DNA of 64,000 bases, taken from contig OX597823.1 in assembly GCA_951406725.2 (NCBI GenBank), positions 73,904,001-73,968,000 on the forward strand, written 5' to 3'. A model generated the notes under the pieces. That model saw only the letters and a program-made list of their open reading frames with translations, was not told where the DNA came from and ran no database searches. This stretch comes from Octopus vulgaris (lineage: Eukaryota). Below are positions 38,924 to 52,256 of this stretch, piece by piece. The stretch's first letter is position 1. Each line of letters begins with the position of its first letter. The translations under genes were made by a program, and so were the position numbers.

Positions 38924-39526
38924 GTGTGTTGACAGGTAGACAATAGAATGCGATGACGACTATGACGCTGATAGATACATGAGTAAAATGTATGGGAAGC
39001 TAACAGATAAGAGTGAGTGAAAATGTTCTTGGAAGAGAGTAAATAGCCAGAGTGAGTGATTTGAGGAAGACTTTACATTAAATAACCGTAGTGGCTTGTG
39101 TTAGTAATAAAGTAAACATACACTCATACATACATACATACATACATACATACATACATACATACATACATACATACATACATACATACACACACACATA
39201 CACACACACACACATACATACACACACACACACATACATACACACATACATACATACATGCATACATATACATACATACATACATACATACACACACACA
39301 CAGTATTGTAGCTTGAGAACAATCAGATACATTTGCAACACATCTGTTGAAAATATTATTGTTCACACACATACATATACATATATACATACAGACAGAC
39401 AGACAGATAGACACACACACACACACACACACATGATCCAGCATGGCCACAACCTCAAGGCTGAAACGTATAAAACAATAACAGAATATAAATGTGTGCA
39501 TGTGTGTGAGAGAGAGAGTGTGTGTG

Positions 39527-39558
<32 letters not shown>

Positions 39559-39567
39559 TATATATAT

Positions 39568-40160
39568 AATAATGCGGTTTTTTCAACAGCTTGAACTAAA
39601 TGTCAGAGGGGAATGGGATAAACTACTTATATTAACTTGCTATAAAAGCAGGTAGTAATTTTATCTTGTCCTTATTCATAGTGCAAGTTTTGAAGAGTGC
39701 ATTTCGATTTTAACAGCTATTTTTTTCAAAGCTATATTGGAAGTAACAAAGGAGCATATTTGGCATATTTTGCTTTATGAGTTCAATAAAGACAACAACG
39801 CAACGGAAAGTACAAGAAATATTAATGCAGTATATGGGGATTGGACAATAAGCGTAAGGCAGTGTCAATGGTGGTTCCAGAAATTCCGAGCCATAAACTA
39901 CAGCCTAGAAGACGAGCCTCATCCTGAAAGATCTGTAGAACTCGACAAGGACATCCTGAAAACCCTGGTGGAACAAAATCTCATCGTAACTGTTGAGGAA
40001 CTAGCAGAGAAGCTTGGATTTGGTCATTCAACCATTCATTGACACCTGTGTGCTATCGGAAAAGTCAGCAAATTGGGTCAATGGGTTCCTCACGAACTTT
40101 CCGAGTCTAATTGCATGCAGAGAGTGAATGTATGCTTTTCTTTGCTGTCACATCTCACCA
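39568..40160 (+). pseudogene. Mariner transposase 5' fragment
   Basis: EVTKEHIWHILLYEF...INAVYGD...WFQKFR...LEDEPHPER, then a stop, then GQWVPHEL. Ends just before a Helitron. Confidence 0.88.
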
Positions 40161-40177
40161 CTACTGCGCTATGTATA

Positions 40178-40814
40178 TCTATATATATAAAACTGTAGTT
40201 GTGTGAGTGTCTGTCCCCTTCGATTTAGATTCCTAACTACTCCCACATTTTGCGGTGCAGTTTAACCAAATTCGGGTAGCTTATAGTCGGGATTCATATC
40301 GAGCCCGTCTGAGTATTAGCGCGCGTCTACGATGAGTCTACGATTTTAAAAATAATTTAACATCATTTTTTATTCCATTTTAATGCATAATTTTTCGTGT
40401 GTCGATGGCGGCGGAGTTGGCGTCCACGCTCACACCTGCACCTGTGGGGAAGGGAGTGTAAGGAAATCAACGTCGTAATGCGTTGTCAAGGAGACCAGCG
40501 TTCTTTTAGAACAACGACTTCATGGCTTGAAGACACCAAAACAGAAATGGCTAAGAAAGCGTCTACATGAGTCTACGATTTAAAAAAAAATTTACAATCG
40601 TTTTTTTTCCATTTTAATGCATTTTTTCGCTATTATATAAGGGAAGTAACTCTCTAAAAATGTCTACGATGAGTCAACGATTTAAAAAAAAATTTACCAT
40701 CATATTTTTTCCATTTTTAATGCATTTTTTGCTATTTTTTGGCTATAACTCTCTAAAAATGCTTATATAGTTATTTCCCTTACAAACCCGAGCAACGCCG
40801 GGCGATACTGCTAG
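40178..40814 (+). mobile_element. Longer non-autonomous Helitron with extra internal segment
   Basis: TC and CTAG termini shared with the 32783 copy. Triplicated ctacgatgagtctacgattt block plus a unique 40390-40560 segment. Confidence 0.85.
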
Positions 40815-40857
<43 letters not shown>

Positions 40858-41340
40858 ATACATGTATGTGTGTGTGTGTGTACTAGCAGTACCCGTGAAA
40901 ATTCCAAGGCTCATTTTGTGGCACAGTATCAGCCATAAGAATCTCCCAGCTTAGTATTAAGAACCTGTCATTTCCTTCATAATCCCTTGATTAACTTGTT
41001 GGAAATCTTGTCTATTCTCTTCGGTTATATTTTTACTTCTGGTCCTTTTCGACATTCTGGTTTGTGCAAAATAGTCTTGTTCATATTTTGCCTTCTTTCT
41101 TGATTAACCATCTTCGTTGTACGTCACATGACACATTACTACTCAATTTTTTGCATTAATTTTGTTCCTTTCCACATGAGTCAACTCTTTTCGTTGTTGC
41201 TAATTTTCTCTTTATTCCTTCTTTATTCTTAATTCTTGTTTCTCTCTCTCTCTCTCTACCTTTTCTTCAGTCTTTCCCTGTATCTTCTCTGCTCTGCCAT
41301 ACTCAATTAAGTTCTTGCTGCTGTATTTTATATCCTTGTC

Positions 41341-41830
41341 CGTTGCAATATCCCAAACTCCGCTTGCTACTATACATCAAGGATACACTGGATGAAGGCG
41401 GCGAGCTGGCAGAAACGTTAGCACGCCGGGCGAAATGCGTAGCCGTATTTCGTTTGCCGTTACGTTCTGAGTTCAAATTCCGCCGAGGTCGACTTTGCCT
41501 TTCATCCTTTCGGGGTCGATTAAATAAGTACCAGTTACGCACTGGGGTCGATATAATCGACTTAATCCGTTTGTCTGTCTTTGTTTGTCCTCTCTGTGTT
41601 TAGTCCCTTGTGGGTAGTAAAGAAATAGGATACACTGGCTCCACGGACATGTGATTAGAATGTCGCAGGGAAGAATTACTAACCGAGCCAACCGGAAAAA
41701 CTCCGAGGGTAGACGAAAAACAAGATGGTTGAGTAATATCCATAGTCTCAGTTGATTACGCTTGGAATCCAGCTGGAAAGTGAAAGAATGGTTGCTCTTG
41801 ACAGGATCCTATGGAGGAGACGCGTGAGGA
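41341..41830 (+). pseudogene. RTE LINE C-terminal fragment interrupted by SINE A
   Basis: HGHVIRM...PTGKTPR/GRRKTRW...DRILWRRRV. Confidence 0.6.
41397..41628 (+). mobile_element. SINE family A
   Basis: Full length. TSD aggatacactgg. Confidence 0.9.
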
Positions 41831-42033
41831 TGGTTGGATATTTGGAAAATCTCTGTATCTAAGACATACTGTTAAACATTTTCTCTCTCATTCACTCACT
41901 CACACACACTCACACTCTCTCTCCTTCTCTCTTGCACACATATACAGGTTATCCATACCCTTTCCACAGCATATCATGTTTTTTACATCACAAGAATCTA
42001 TCATTGTACTTTAATATAATATAGTATAATATA

Positions 42034-42197
42034 GGCGCAGGAGTGGCTGTGTGGTAAGTAGCTTGCTAACCGACCACATGGTTCCGGGTTCAGTCCACTG
42101 CGTGGCATCTTGGGCAAGTGTCTTCTGCTATAGCTCCGGGCCGACCAATGCCTTGTGAGTGGATTTGGTAGACGGAAACTGAAAGAAGCCTGTCGTA

Positions 42198-42253
<56 letters not shown>

Positions 42254-42462
42254 TGTGTGTCTGTGTTTGTCCCCCTAGCATTGCTTGACAACCGATGCTG
42301 GTGTGTTTACGTCCCCGTCACTTAGCGGTTCGGCAAAAGAGACCGATAAAATAAGTACTGGGCTCACAAAGAATAGGTCCCGGGGTCGATTTGCTCGACT
42401 AAAGGCGGTGCTCCAGCATGGCCGCAGTCAAATGACTGAAACAAGTGAAAGAGAAAGAGAAC
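42034..42462 (+). mobile_element. SINE family B
   Basis: Full-length match. Confidence 0.9.
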
Positions 42463-42601
42463 GAGTATAATACATACATGTATACATACATACATATATA
42501 GTTAATCCAAACAAGAAAAAAAAACAAAAAAACACAACAACGCGAGGACGTGGAACAAATATAGTATTATTGGACGCTCAGGAAAGAAGGGAAGAAGGGG
42601 G

Positions 42602-42636
42602 GTTTAACGTTTCGAGCGGAGCTCTTCGTCGGAAAC
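42602..42636 (-). ncRNA. Minimal hammerhead-like motif (CCGACGA core)
   Basis: GTTT-CCGACGA-A-GAGC(tcc)GCTC-GAA-ACGT-T-AAAC, inside a repeat spanning about 42500-42735. Confidence 0.55.
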
Positions 42637-42781
42637 ATAGGAGAAGGCAAGATCCAGAGAAAGGAAGACAGAGGAAAAAAAAATCGCCAACGGTACACAC
42701 GAGGTCACATTTTGAAAGACCGGAAGGAGAAAGGGTGATATACATATATACATACATACATACATACACATATATGTGTGA

Positions 42782-42842
<61 letters not shown>

Positions 42843-42995
42843 CAGAAAGACAGGCACACACGCATGTACATATATGTGCATATATATAATATATTTAGAT
42901 TCAGTTGAATTAGGTACTTAAATTGAGGCACCTTGTTAGGACGAACTTATTTGCACACTCAGACCATATTTGGTAATTATCAAACTCTACATAGA

Positions 42996-43224
42996 TATTT
43001 CTTTATTACCCACAAGGGGCTAAACACAGAGGGGACAAACAAGGACAGACATAGGTATTAAGTCGATTACATCGACCCCAGTGCGTAACTGGTGCTTAAT
43101 GTATCGACCCCGAAAGGATGAAAGGCAAAGTCGACCTCGGCGGAATTTGAACTCACAACGTAACGGCAGACGAAATACCGCAAAGCATTTCGCCCGGCGT
43201 GCTAACGCTTCTGCCAGCTCGCCG
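42996..43224 (-). mobile_element. SINE family A
   Basis: Full-length reverse-complement match. Confidence 0.9.
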
Positions 43225-43236
43225 ACTGATTGAAGT

Positions 43237-43607
43237 ATGATAGTAACAGATCATAGAAGTTATAATAAGTTTGTTTATATAGGGCACTCAATAAATATTG
43301 AGTGAATGATTGAATAACTATTTTGATTGAATAACTATTTTGCATGCTTTAGACTTGGGCATAAAGCTAACAGTATCTCATTTCCTACGAAAATCTGGGA
43401 ACTTAAAGACAATATCGAATTCAGTCTTAAATGGGTTTTAGTGCGTAGAGCTCACCCAAATAGCCGATACGGATGTAGACTTTGTTGTATGGAATTATAT
43501 GAAATTTTATATATAGAGATAAGAACAACTTAATTTATAAGAAATTAGATTTTAGACTATCATATGCTCATAAGATTACCCGTACTTTTAGATACTTTAG
43601 AAGCTGA
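43237..43607 (+). pseudogene. Penelope-like element GIY-YIG endonuclease C-terminus (decayed)
   Basis: FVYIGHS, then FRLGHKANS..TKIWELKDNIEFSLKW..RAHP..CRLCCMELYEIL, then (frameshift) DKNNLIYKKLDFRLSYAHK. This is the typical PLE pattern S.YIW.LK..W..A.PY..C.LC..E..LN.R.E...C.H. Confidence 0.8.
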
Positions 43608-44425
43608 GAATTATTTAGTATATCATATTTTTTCAATGATAACATTTTTTGGTATTAATAATATATACCTATCCAATCCCAGTGGCGAATCTATTCTATC
43701 ACGGTAAATATAATTTTACTACTTTTTCTTAACGAGTCCTTAATTTTCAAATATCCCCTAATTATAAAATATACCCTCTATGATCTTTTACTATCATACC
43801 TCAATCCTTGTTCTTCGCCGTATTTTAAATATATTTTCTTAACCTACTTCTAATGATAATTTTAATTCTATTTTATCTCTATCATAATCCGGTGTACTTA
43901 CGCTTTTTTCCTTCTAGCATTAATAATTAATTACTGTTCCGATTATAACTATTTATATAACAATTCCATTATAATATATTCTTTACTTTCATTGTATAAT
44001 ATCTCATTTCTTTTTTGGTATAGCATCATTTATTGGCTTACTTTTATAAAATTAAGAAAAAGATATTTTTTCGATATAATTTTTTTATAATTTTTTATTA
44101 TAGTTTTTTATTATAATTTTTATTACAATTCCTCTAAGATATTTTCTTGTATTTTCCTCGTATATTTTATAAATCTTATATGTTATATCCTTATATCTTT
44201 AAGATTTTATATACCCTTCATATATTTTTCATAATTTTGTGTTTTATGCATGCTTTGATAATTTAAAAATGTTTCTTTTATTTATCCCACTATGTTACTG
44301 TGAATCTAAAATTATAAAATTATTATATTGTTATTACACATATTTTTTTTATATATTTTATATGGTTTATATTTTCATGCCTTCTTATATATATCTTTTA
44401 TATTTTTATATTTTCTGATATTATA

Positions 44426-44848
44426 GGCGCAGGAGTGATTGTGTGGTAAGTAGCTTGCTTACCAAGCACATGGCTCCGGATTCATTTCCACTGCGTGGCA
44501 CCTTGGGCAAGTGTTTTCTACTATAGCCTCGGGCTGACCAAAGCCTTGTGAGTGGATTTGGTAGACGGAAACTGAAAGAAGCCTGTCGTATGTGTGTACA
44601 TATGTGTATATGTGTGTGTGTATATATATGTTTGTGTATCTGTGTTTGTCCCCTCAACATTGCTTGACAACCGATGGTGGTGTGTTTACGTCCCCGTAAC
44701 TTAGTGGTTCGGCAAAAGAGACCGATAGAATAAGTACTAGGCTTCCAAAGAATAAGTTCTGGGGTCAGTTTGCTCGACTAAAGGCGGTGCTCCAGCATGG
44801 TTGCAGTCAAATGACTGAAACAAGTAAAAGAGTAAAAAGAGAGAGAGT
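44426..44848 (+). mobile_element. SINE family B
   Basis: Full-length match. Confidence 0.9.
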
Positions 44849-45077
44849 ATATTTTATATTTATATTTAGTTGTATCTTTATTTATTTATTTTTATTTCCT
44901 TATACTTTTAAAGTTTTTATAGCATAAAAACCTGGTGGCAGTTTATAATTTTAATTTTTTTTCATAAAATCCGTTATATACAACAATCTTAAATTATCAT
45001 ATATTAAATCATACGTTATCCCCTTATTTAATTACACATGAAATTTCTTTCTAACCTTTATATATCTATATATTTTG

Positions 45078-45375
45078 TGAGCTCGAATCCCGGACCGGGC
45101 TGCGTGTTGTGTTCTTGAGCAAGGCACTTTATTTCACGTTGCTCCAGTTCACTCAGCTGTAGAAATGAGTTGCGACGTCACTCGTGCCAAGCGGTATCGA
45201 CCTTTGTCTTTCCCTTGGATAACACTGGTGGTGTGGAGAGGGGAGGCTGGTATGCATGGGCGACTGCTGGTCTTCCATAAACAACCTTGCCCGGACTTGT
45301 GTCTAGGAGGGTAACTTTCTAGGTGCAATCCCATGGTCATTCATGACCGAAGGGGGTCTTTACCCCTTACCCTTT
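45078..45375 (+). mobile_element. 5'-truncated SINE C
   Basis: Matches 28880-29163. Confidence 0.85.
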
Positions 45376-45943
45376 ATATTTTGCTTTAATGGTATAAGTA
45401 AACTAAGTTTAAAACTTACTCCCTCCATTTCTCTCTTAATTTACATCCACCCATAATCCTCTAAGGGTTCACTTTTTTCTTCCCCTTTAAGATGACAATC
45501 AAAATAAGCTTTATTAGTTATCCCCATCCTCTCTTTTCTTTATATTATCACCACTCCTCCATCAGACATTCCCGTTTAACACTCCATAACCTACTCTTTG
45601 GTGTTGATATCGCCGGATGTAAAGTTCCATTTTCTTAGATCGTAGAACGGTCAGTCATGATATTAATTAATTTATAACTCCCCAAAGATCAAATTTTAGA
45701 TTTTGAAGACTAGACTACATTCTACATGCTGTCTTCGATGCATAGATAACGGGGTCACTACTCTCATTCAATCTCCCTTCCACACTCTAGCCCATGCTAA
45801 TTTTTGGTTTCTCTGTCGCTGTACTGTCCTTTTTTCCATTCTGCCAAAACATTTAGCAGCGGAATCATTGTAAATATTTGCTCTCTGTTGATATGAATAT
45901 GTTTAAATATCTAACTTGTCCTTTATGCTTGAAGTCTATGCGG

Positions 45944-46026
45944 TCATCTGATGAGAACGGTTTTCTTTGTAATGATGTAATGTTTTCATTGCTCAATTAA
46001 TGGAGTCGCTCGAAACGGCGTAATGA
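45944..46026 (+). ncRNA. Type I hammerhead motif at the end of the putative Penelope 3' UTR/pLTR
   Basis: TCAT-CTGATGA-GAACGGTTTT(long loop)GGAGTCGCTC-GAAAC-GGC-GT-A-ATGA. Canonical core, GUA site, stem I TCAT/ATGA. Confidence 0.7.
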
Positions 46027-46215
46027 ATTGAAATTTATATATATCTTTGTCACTAATATATATGTATGTATGTATATATGTATGTATGTATTTATGTATG
46101 TATGTATCAATATATATAACGGGAAGGTTTACGAAAATAAACAAAAGACGAAGGCAGGTGGAGTACAAACAAACAAATGTATTAGTATGGCGCTCAGGAA
46201 TAGAAATAGAACAAG

Positions 46216-46253
46216 TTTTTTACGTTTCGAGCCTACGCTCTTCGACAGAAAGA
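46216..46253 (-). ncRNA. Hammerhead-like motif with CTGTCGA core (A6 changed)
   Basis: tcttt-CTGTCGA-A-GAGC(gtag)GCTC-GAA-ACGT-A-aaaaa. Decayed + strand sister at 34485-34519. Confidence 0.45.
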
Positions 46254-46409
46254 TACACAGAAAAAATACAAGGAGAGAAAAAAAATGCGTGTAGGAGCTA
46301 ACGATCTATCATGGCGTCCTGACTTCGGACAGTGGTCAGACGAGAGAGGGACAGTAGGGGAGATTACAGGGTCAAGTGACTTCCAAAACGAAGGTGCCCC
46401 CAACACAAA

Positions 46410-46941
46410 GGTGCATGTGTGTATAAGAGAGTGTGTATGGGCGTGTGAAAGAGGCTGGTGGTCTGGACGTGTGTGTGTATGTATGTGTGGGTGTGGAGAT
46501 GTGGGGATGGGTGTGTGGGTGGTGTGTTGTGATGTGATATGTGTATGTATGTGTAGGTGTAAAGATGTGGGGATGGGTGTGTGGGCGGTGTGCTGTGGGT
46601 GGTGTGTTGTGATGTGTAATGTTGCATGGTGTAGTGTAGTGTGGTGTGATGTTGTGGGGAGGTGGAGTAGGCGAGAGTGGGGAAGGCACAGGTGGGTGTA
46701 GGTTCGGCTGGGGGTTGTGGGTAGGTAGAGGGAAGGATAGGGAAGGTTGAGTAGGGGTGGGTGGGTTTATGGGGTATATGAGGAGAGAGAGGAGGAGAGG
46801 AGAGAAGAGAGGGGGACGGGGTGGGGGAGAATGAGAGGAGGAGAGGAGGGGGAGTGGGAGGAGGAGGGACAGGGAGAGGGGAGAGAAGGGGAGTGAGGGA
46901 GCAGATAAAGAGAGAAGGGGAAGAAGAGAGAAGAAGAGGGA

Positions 46942-46945
<4 letters not shown>
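46410..46945. repeat. GT-rich then GA/G-rich low-complexity tract
   Basis: Read directly. Source of the Pro/His/Thr-rich spurious ORFs. Confidence 0.85.
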
Positions 46946-46975
<30 letters not shown>

Positions 46976-46976
46976 T

Positions 46977-47068
46977 AAATTAGAGATAAAACCACTATCA
47001 GGCAAATCAAACAGTGAAAAACATAAACCAAAATATATTTGCCTGATAGTGGTTTTATCTCTAATTTA
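46977..47068. repeat. Short inverted repeat
   Basis: aaattagagataaaaccactatcaggcaaat / atttgcctgatagtggttttatctctaattt. Confidence 0.85.
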
Positions 47069-47107
47069 ATATATATATATATTCCCTGTAAGTTTGGATT
47101 TACTCCC

Positions 47108-47140
<33 letters not shown>

Positions 47141-47144
<4 letters not shown>

Positions 47145-48585
47145 CTTAGATAACTTAGATATGTTTCGACCAAAGATTGGTCCAGGCCATGTCTAACTTA
47201 ATAGCACCACCTGATAGGATTATTCGAATCATGTTTAAGTCAAGTTTTGTTCAAGTAGTTGGGTGAGTTGTATCCAATTATGGGTGGCTTATCTGGTATT
47301 CTTTGAAGGAATCTATCCAGACTCCGTTTAAAGTTGATGGGATCCTTTTCCTCTTTGATCTCCCTCGGGACAATATTAAATAGGGCAGGGCCTGTTGAGG
47401 AAAAGAAATTATGTTGCAGTGTACATGTATGTTGTGATCTTGAATTGGGCAGGGGACGTATGGCCCGTGGTCCCAGTCTTGGATGAACCTTGAAGCTAAT
47501 GTTAAGGTCGTTTGGGCAACGTTGGCGGTATATTCTCCACATCGTACAAATGATGTACCGCTCACGGCGACGCTGGAGGGAGTAGAGTTTCAAGGCTTTA
47601 AGGCGATCCCAATAATCGAGAGCAGCCATGCCTTCAATTCGTTTAGTGAGTGCCCTCTGGGGTGACTTAATTCTGGAGATGTTTTGTCTTGTATAGGGAG
47701 ACCACAGTGGGCAGCAGAATTCAAGGTGTGACCGTACAAAGGAGGAGAAAAGTGGTATGATGACACCTTCTTCTCTGGACCGGAAAGTTCTTAAGATCCA
47801 AGAACTCATCCTACGAGCTATATCGACCTTCTTGTTGATGTGTGCTCTCCAACTGAGATCGTCATCAATAATTACACCCAGGTCTCTGATATTGTTAGAG
47901 GCTGTGAGCGGTTCCCCTGAAGGAAGAGAGTATGGCTGTTTTAGTGAGGAATTTCTTCCAAAATGCATCAACTCAAATTTTACCTCATTCAGTTGCATTT
48001 TGTTTCTGTCTGCCCATTGACTCACAGCATATAGATCAGACTGGAGTTGAGTTCGGTCTGCTTCTTCATTGACGATTTGCTGGAGCTTAGTGTCATCAGC
48101 AAATGTTTTCACTTTGCAGTAATGTACGACACTGGAAAGGTCGTTTATGTAAATTATGAAGAGTAGCGGACCCAAAACAGTCCCCTGGGGAACACCGCTG
48201 GTGACTTTTGCTGGGCTTGAGTGGACTCCATCAACTACAACATGTGTTCTATTCGCCAGGAAATACTTGATCCAGTGTAGAACTTTTCCACGGATTCCAA
48301 CATTTGCCAATTTTTAGAGTAGGATATTATGGTCTACCCTGTCGAACGCTTTACTGAAGTCAAGATATATGACGTCAGAGTTCGAACCTGTTCCCAAGGC
48401 TTTGAGTACATCTTCAATGTGGTGTAAGAGCTGTGTTAGACAGTCCCTGCCACAGCGAAAGCCATGCTGATTTGCATTTAGGAGTTTGTGGGTCTCCAGG
48501 AAGTCAGCTATCCTTGATCTTAACACTCTTTCAAACACTTTAATGACGTGGGAGGTGAGTGAGATTGGGTGATAGTTGACTGCGA
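47141..48585 (-). mobile_element. 5'-truncated CR1-clade LINE: RT domain, C-terminus, 3' UTR stem-loop and (ATCTAAGTT)n tail
   Basis: NYHPISLTS..QHGF..YLDFSKAFDRV..SGVPQGTVLGPLLF..FADDTK in one frame, with a single in-frame TAA at 48314-48316. ORF ends at 47240. Confidence 0.92.
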
Positions 48586-48824
48586 GGGGAGACGGCGAGT
48601 TGGCACAATCATTAGCACGTCGGACAAAATGCTTACCGGAATTCTTTGGAACTTTAGATTCTGAGTTCAAGTTTTAACGGCGGTGTATCAGCATGGCTGC
48701 AGCTCTGAGCTGAAACAAGAAAAAAATATATATTATATAATTCTTGGGGTCAATTTGTTCGACTACGGGCGGTGCTCCAGCATGGCCGCAGTCAAACGAC
48801 TGAAACAAATAAAAGAATAAAAGA

Positions 48825-48880
<56 letters not shown>

Positions 48881-49675
48881 CAAATTGGAGCTGTGGGGTA
48901 CCGCACGAGTGGAATTATATACGAAAGAAGGTTTGAAAATGCAATTTAAAAGATGTTTATTTACTTTACCGGTTTCACTCTTTGGAAAAAGATTGTCAAA
49001 AGTAACATGTAGAAGTTTGGTTGCGTTAATTATTGGTTGTTGCAAATTGCTGCATTACATATATACAGACTTTGGTAACAGGGACATGTTAAGGACATAA
49101 AAAAGTTCAACAAGTTCCTTAAAATATTGGGCACAAAAGATTACTACATAAATAATCGTTCTCAAGGACATACTTAAGATAGTTTCCAGAAGGAATTGAT
49201 ATTAGTATTGTATCTGTATATTCAAACATGCACAGAATATTGGTTGACACAGAGTACTATAATCCATATAAATATACATTCTTTGGTGACAACAGTATGT
49301 TGAGAATATAAAAAAGTTTAACAAGCTTATTGAAATAATGGGCAGAAAAGATTAAAACAAATATATTATACATCTCAAGGTAATTTCCAGGAGGAATTAT
49401 TAAAAAAAGTTCAGTATACACATACAGAATATTATGAGTTCAAAAAGATTTACATTATAATAGTGGTGAAGCTAAAACTGACCTGTCCATACTGCAAGTA
49501 TAGCAAGTACTTACCATGACCACTCACGCATGTAAGTATGTTTGTATACACATAAACATACGTACACATCTTTAATTGCTTATAAGAGAATATATATTTA
49601 TATATGTGTGTGTGTGTGTGTGTTTACGTACATATGTATTAATATATATGCAGTGTGTGCGCGCGTGTGAGTGTA

Positions 49676-49726
<51 letters not shown>

Positions 49727-50018
49727 GAGAAAGAGAGTTTGTGTGTATGTGAGTGTGTGAATTACTTTATATGTTAAGAGAAATATCACATATGCCATAT
49801 ATTAGTGTATACCATACACATTCGTAAACAAGTTTGGCCACTGTATTTCTCTCTTATATACGCACACAACCCCTCCACACACACATACACACGTGTGCGT
49901 GTTCATATGCAAACACGCACGCACATACAGATATTTATACAGACATGCAGTTATGTATACACAGATATATACATTCACACACACACACACACATACACAC
50001 ATCATACACACTTATGTA

Positions 50019-51226
50019 CACAGACATAACAGAAGTAAATAGACCCCCTTATAATCATTAACATTTATTTAAATCCGAAATTATGCATTCAAATTATTCA
50101 TTAATTGTTATAATGTGAATATTTGAAACTTAGTAGACATGCCCTTATGCATTTTTCAATGCAAAGACCCCTGATCAGGTGACGAATATTCTCTTGCGGA
50201 ATTTCTTGCCAAGTTTGATGCATATACTCAAAAGATCTGCTTTGCAGATGCTTTCGTGTTCTTTTTATGGAGTGTCCTGTCCATTATATTCCAGAGGTTT
50301 TCAATAGAGTTCCTATCTGGTGACTGGCTTGGCCATAGAAGCTTTTTAATGGCATTCTCATCCAAAAACTCTTGGATAATTTTAGCCCTGTGACAAGGAG
50401 CCCCATTTTCCATAAATAAAGAGTCTTCTTTAATCATTTCACCACTGGAGAAGATTGGAAGAAGTTCTTTCTGCAATATGGACACATATTTATCTGAGTT
50501 TATGTTTCCTTCACACCCCACCAGCTCTGATCAACCATTGCTCCGAATTCTATCCCAGACCATCACAGAATAGCTTCCGTGTTTCATTATTAGGCTGCAA
50601 TATTTCCCCATCAAATTCTTAATCACAGTCTCCTGACCCACACACGACCACTGTCAGGAACCATAGCAAATCTAAACTCATTAGAGAATATGGCAGTGGC
50701 CCAAAATGCTAGTGGCCCCTCCACCATGTGACTGAACCAATCTTGTCTCCGCTTGATGTTGGCTGGTCGAAGAAGTGGCTTCCTTCTTGCTGCTCTTCCA
50801 AAATAACCAAGTTTGTGGGGAAACCTGGCAGCTGTTCTGGGACTGACATCAACTTGTTCTGCTATCTCAGATGCCTTGCAACGAGGATTATCTTCCACAC
50901 TTCTCTTAACAAAGAGAAGGGTACTGTCAAAGGACCTTGGTTGATCTGGGCGAGGGGAATGTGGGCTCCTTCCCCTCTCTGGTGAATTTCATAATCACTT
51001 TGTTAACTGTAGAAAGTGGGATCCAAAGGTTTTTTGCGATTTTACGCAAAGTTCACCTTCAGAATGACCCACAATACGGCCTCTTTGTAATTCAGACAGT
51101 TTCAAGGTTTCTTTTGTACATGTCATAATTAGACAATCACACATAGAATCTGGAACATAAAAATGTCAATTAGTAAAAAAATATAAACCATTTATGCGGT
51201 GTCTATTTACTTCTATCATATCTGTG
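50019..51226 (-). mobile_element. Decayed full-length Tc1-family transposon
   Basis: TIR cacagacataacagaagtaaatagac / gtctatttacttctatcatatctgtg. Transposase pieces ARRKPLL, IFSNEFRF, MENGAPCH, WPSQSPDRNSIENLW. Confidence 0.88.
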
Positions 51227-51422
51227 ATCGAGATAAGTATTAGGAAGTAGTCGCATGCTAAGTTCTGTGAGACTGATGTCATAAAGGTGGAAAAAGACAC
51301 TTTAAGACACCCCCTTCTTTGAATTGTAAAGCAGAGGATCCCCGTCCTTCGGAGCTCTCTCCGCTAATTCCATTGCTCATACGTACATAGTATTGGATGG
51401 TTATACACGCATACACACACAC

Positions 51423-51490
<68 letters not shown>

Positions 51491-51690
51491 GCACAAACTG
51501 AACTGGATCATTCATGCTGTGTTGTTTCACCGTACCATGAGGCTTTTTAGGAACAACCCTCGTCTGATGATTGGCTTTATGTTTCAAAATCTGTTTAATG
51601 AGCTTTAAAATGACCTGACCTCAGTGTACTTAATAAATTTACTTTGGAATCAGATACTGAGTACTTCACACTTTGTATCTCTAACATTAT

Positions 51691-51716
51691 TTTTCAAGTA
51701 GAAATACCTATCACTC

Positions 51717-51773
<57 letters not shown>

Positions 51774-51836
51774 TATACTATATTATATTATATTATATAT
51801 ATATATATATATTTCAAGTAGAAATACCTACCACTC

Positions 51837-51872
<36 letters not shown>

Positions 51873-51925
51873 CAAGTAGAAATACCTACTACTCCAATAT
51901 ATATATATATATATTGCAAGTATAA
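51691..51925. repeat. Tandem unit ttcaagtagaaatacctaYYactccRat + (AT)n, about 3.5 copies
   Basis: Read directly. Confidence 0.9.
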
Positions 51926-52190
51926 CAAGTGCTTGTCGTGATCACTCACGTACGTGAGTGTGTGCTTGTATACACATAAACGCTTACGTACACATCCTTA
52001 ATAGTTTATAATCACAAAATAATATATGCGGTTCTGTGTATGTGTACGTATGTATACGCAGTATGTGTGTGTGTGAATTACTTTTATATGTTAAGAGAAA
52101 ATTCATATATCTCATATATTAGTACATACCATACACATTCCTAAACAGGCTTTGCCACTTTATTTCTCTCTCATACATATACATACGCAC

Positions 52191-52256
<66 letters not shown>

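Noticed and set aside
47150-47200. GACC..GGTC-GAAAC on the minus strand as a hammerhead
   Set aside because: There is no NUGANNA core or stem I. It is better explained as the LINE 3' recognition stem-loop.
51691-51925. Repeat-spacer pattern resembling CRISPR (also 62012-62092)
   Set aside because: The spacers are (AT)n or absent, the context is eukaryotic, and there are no cas genes.
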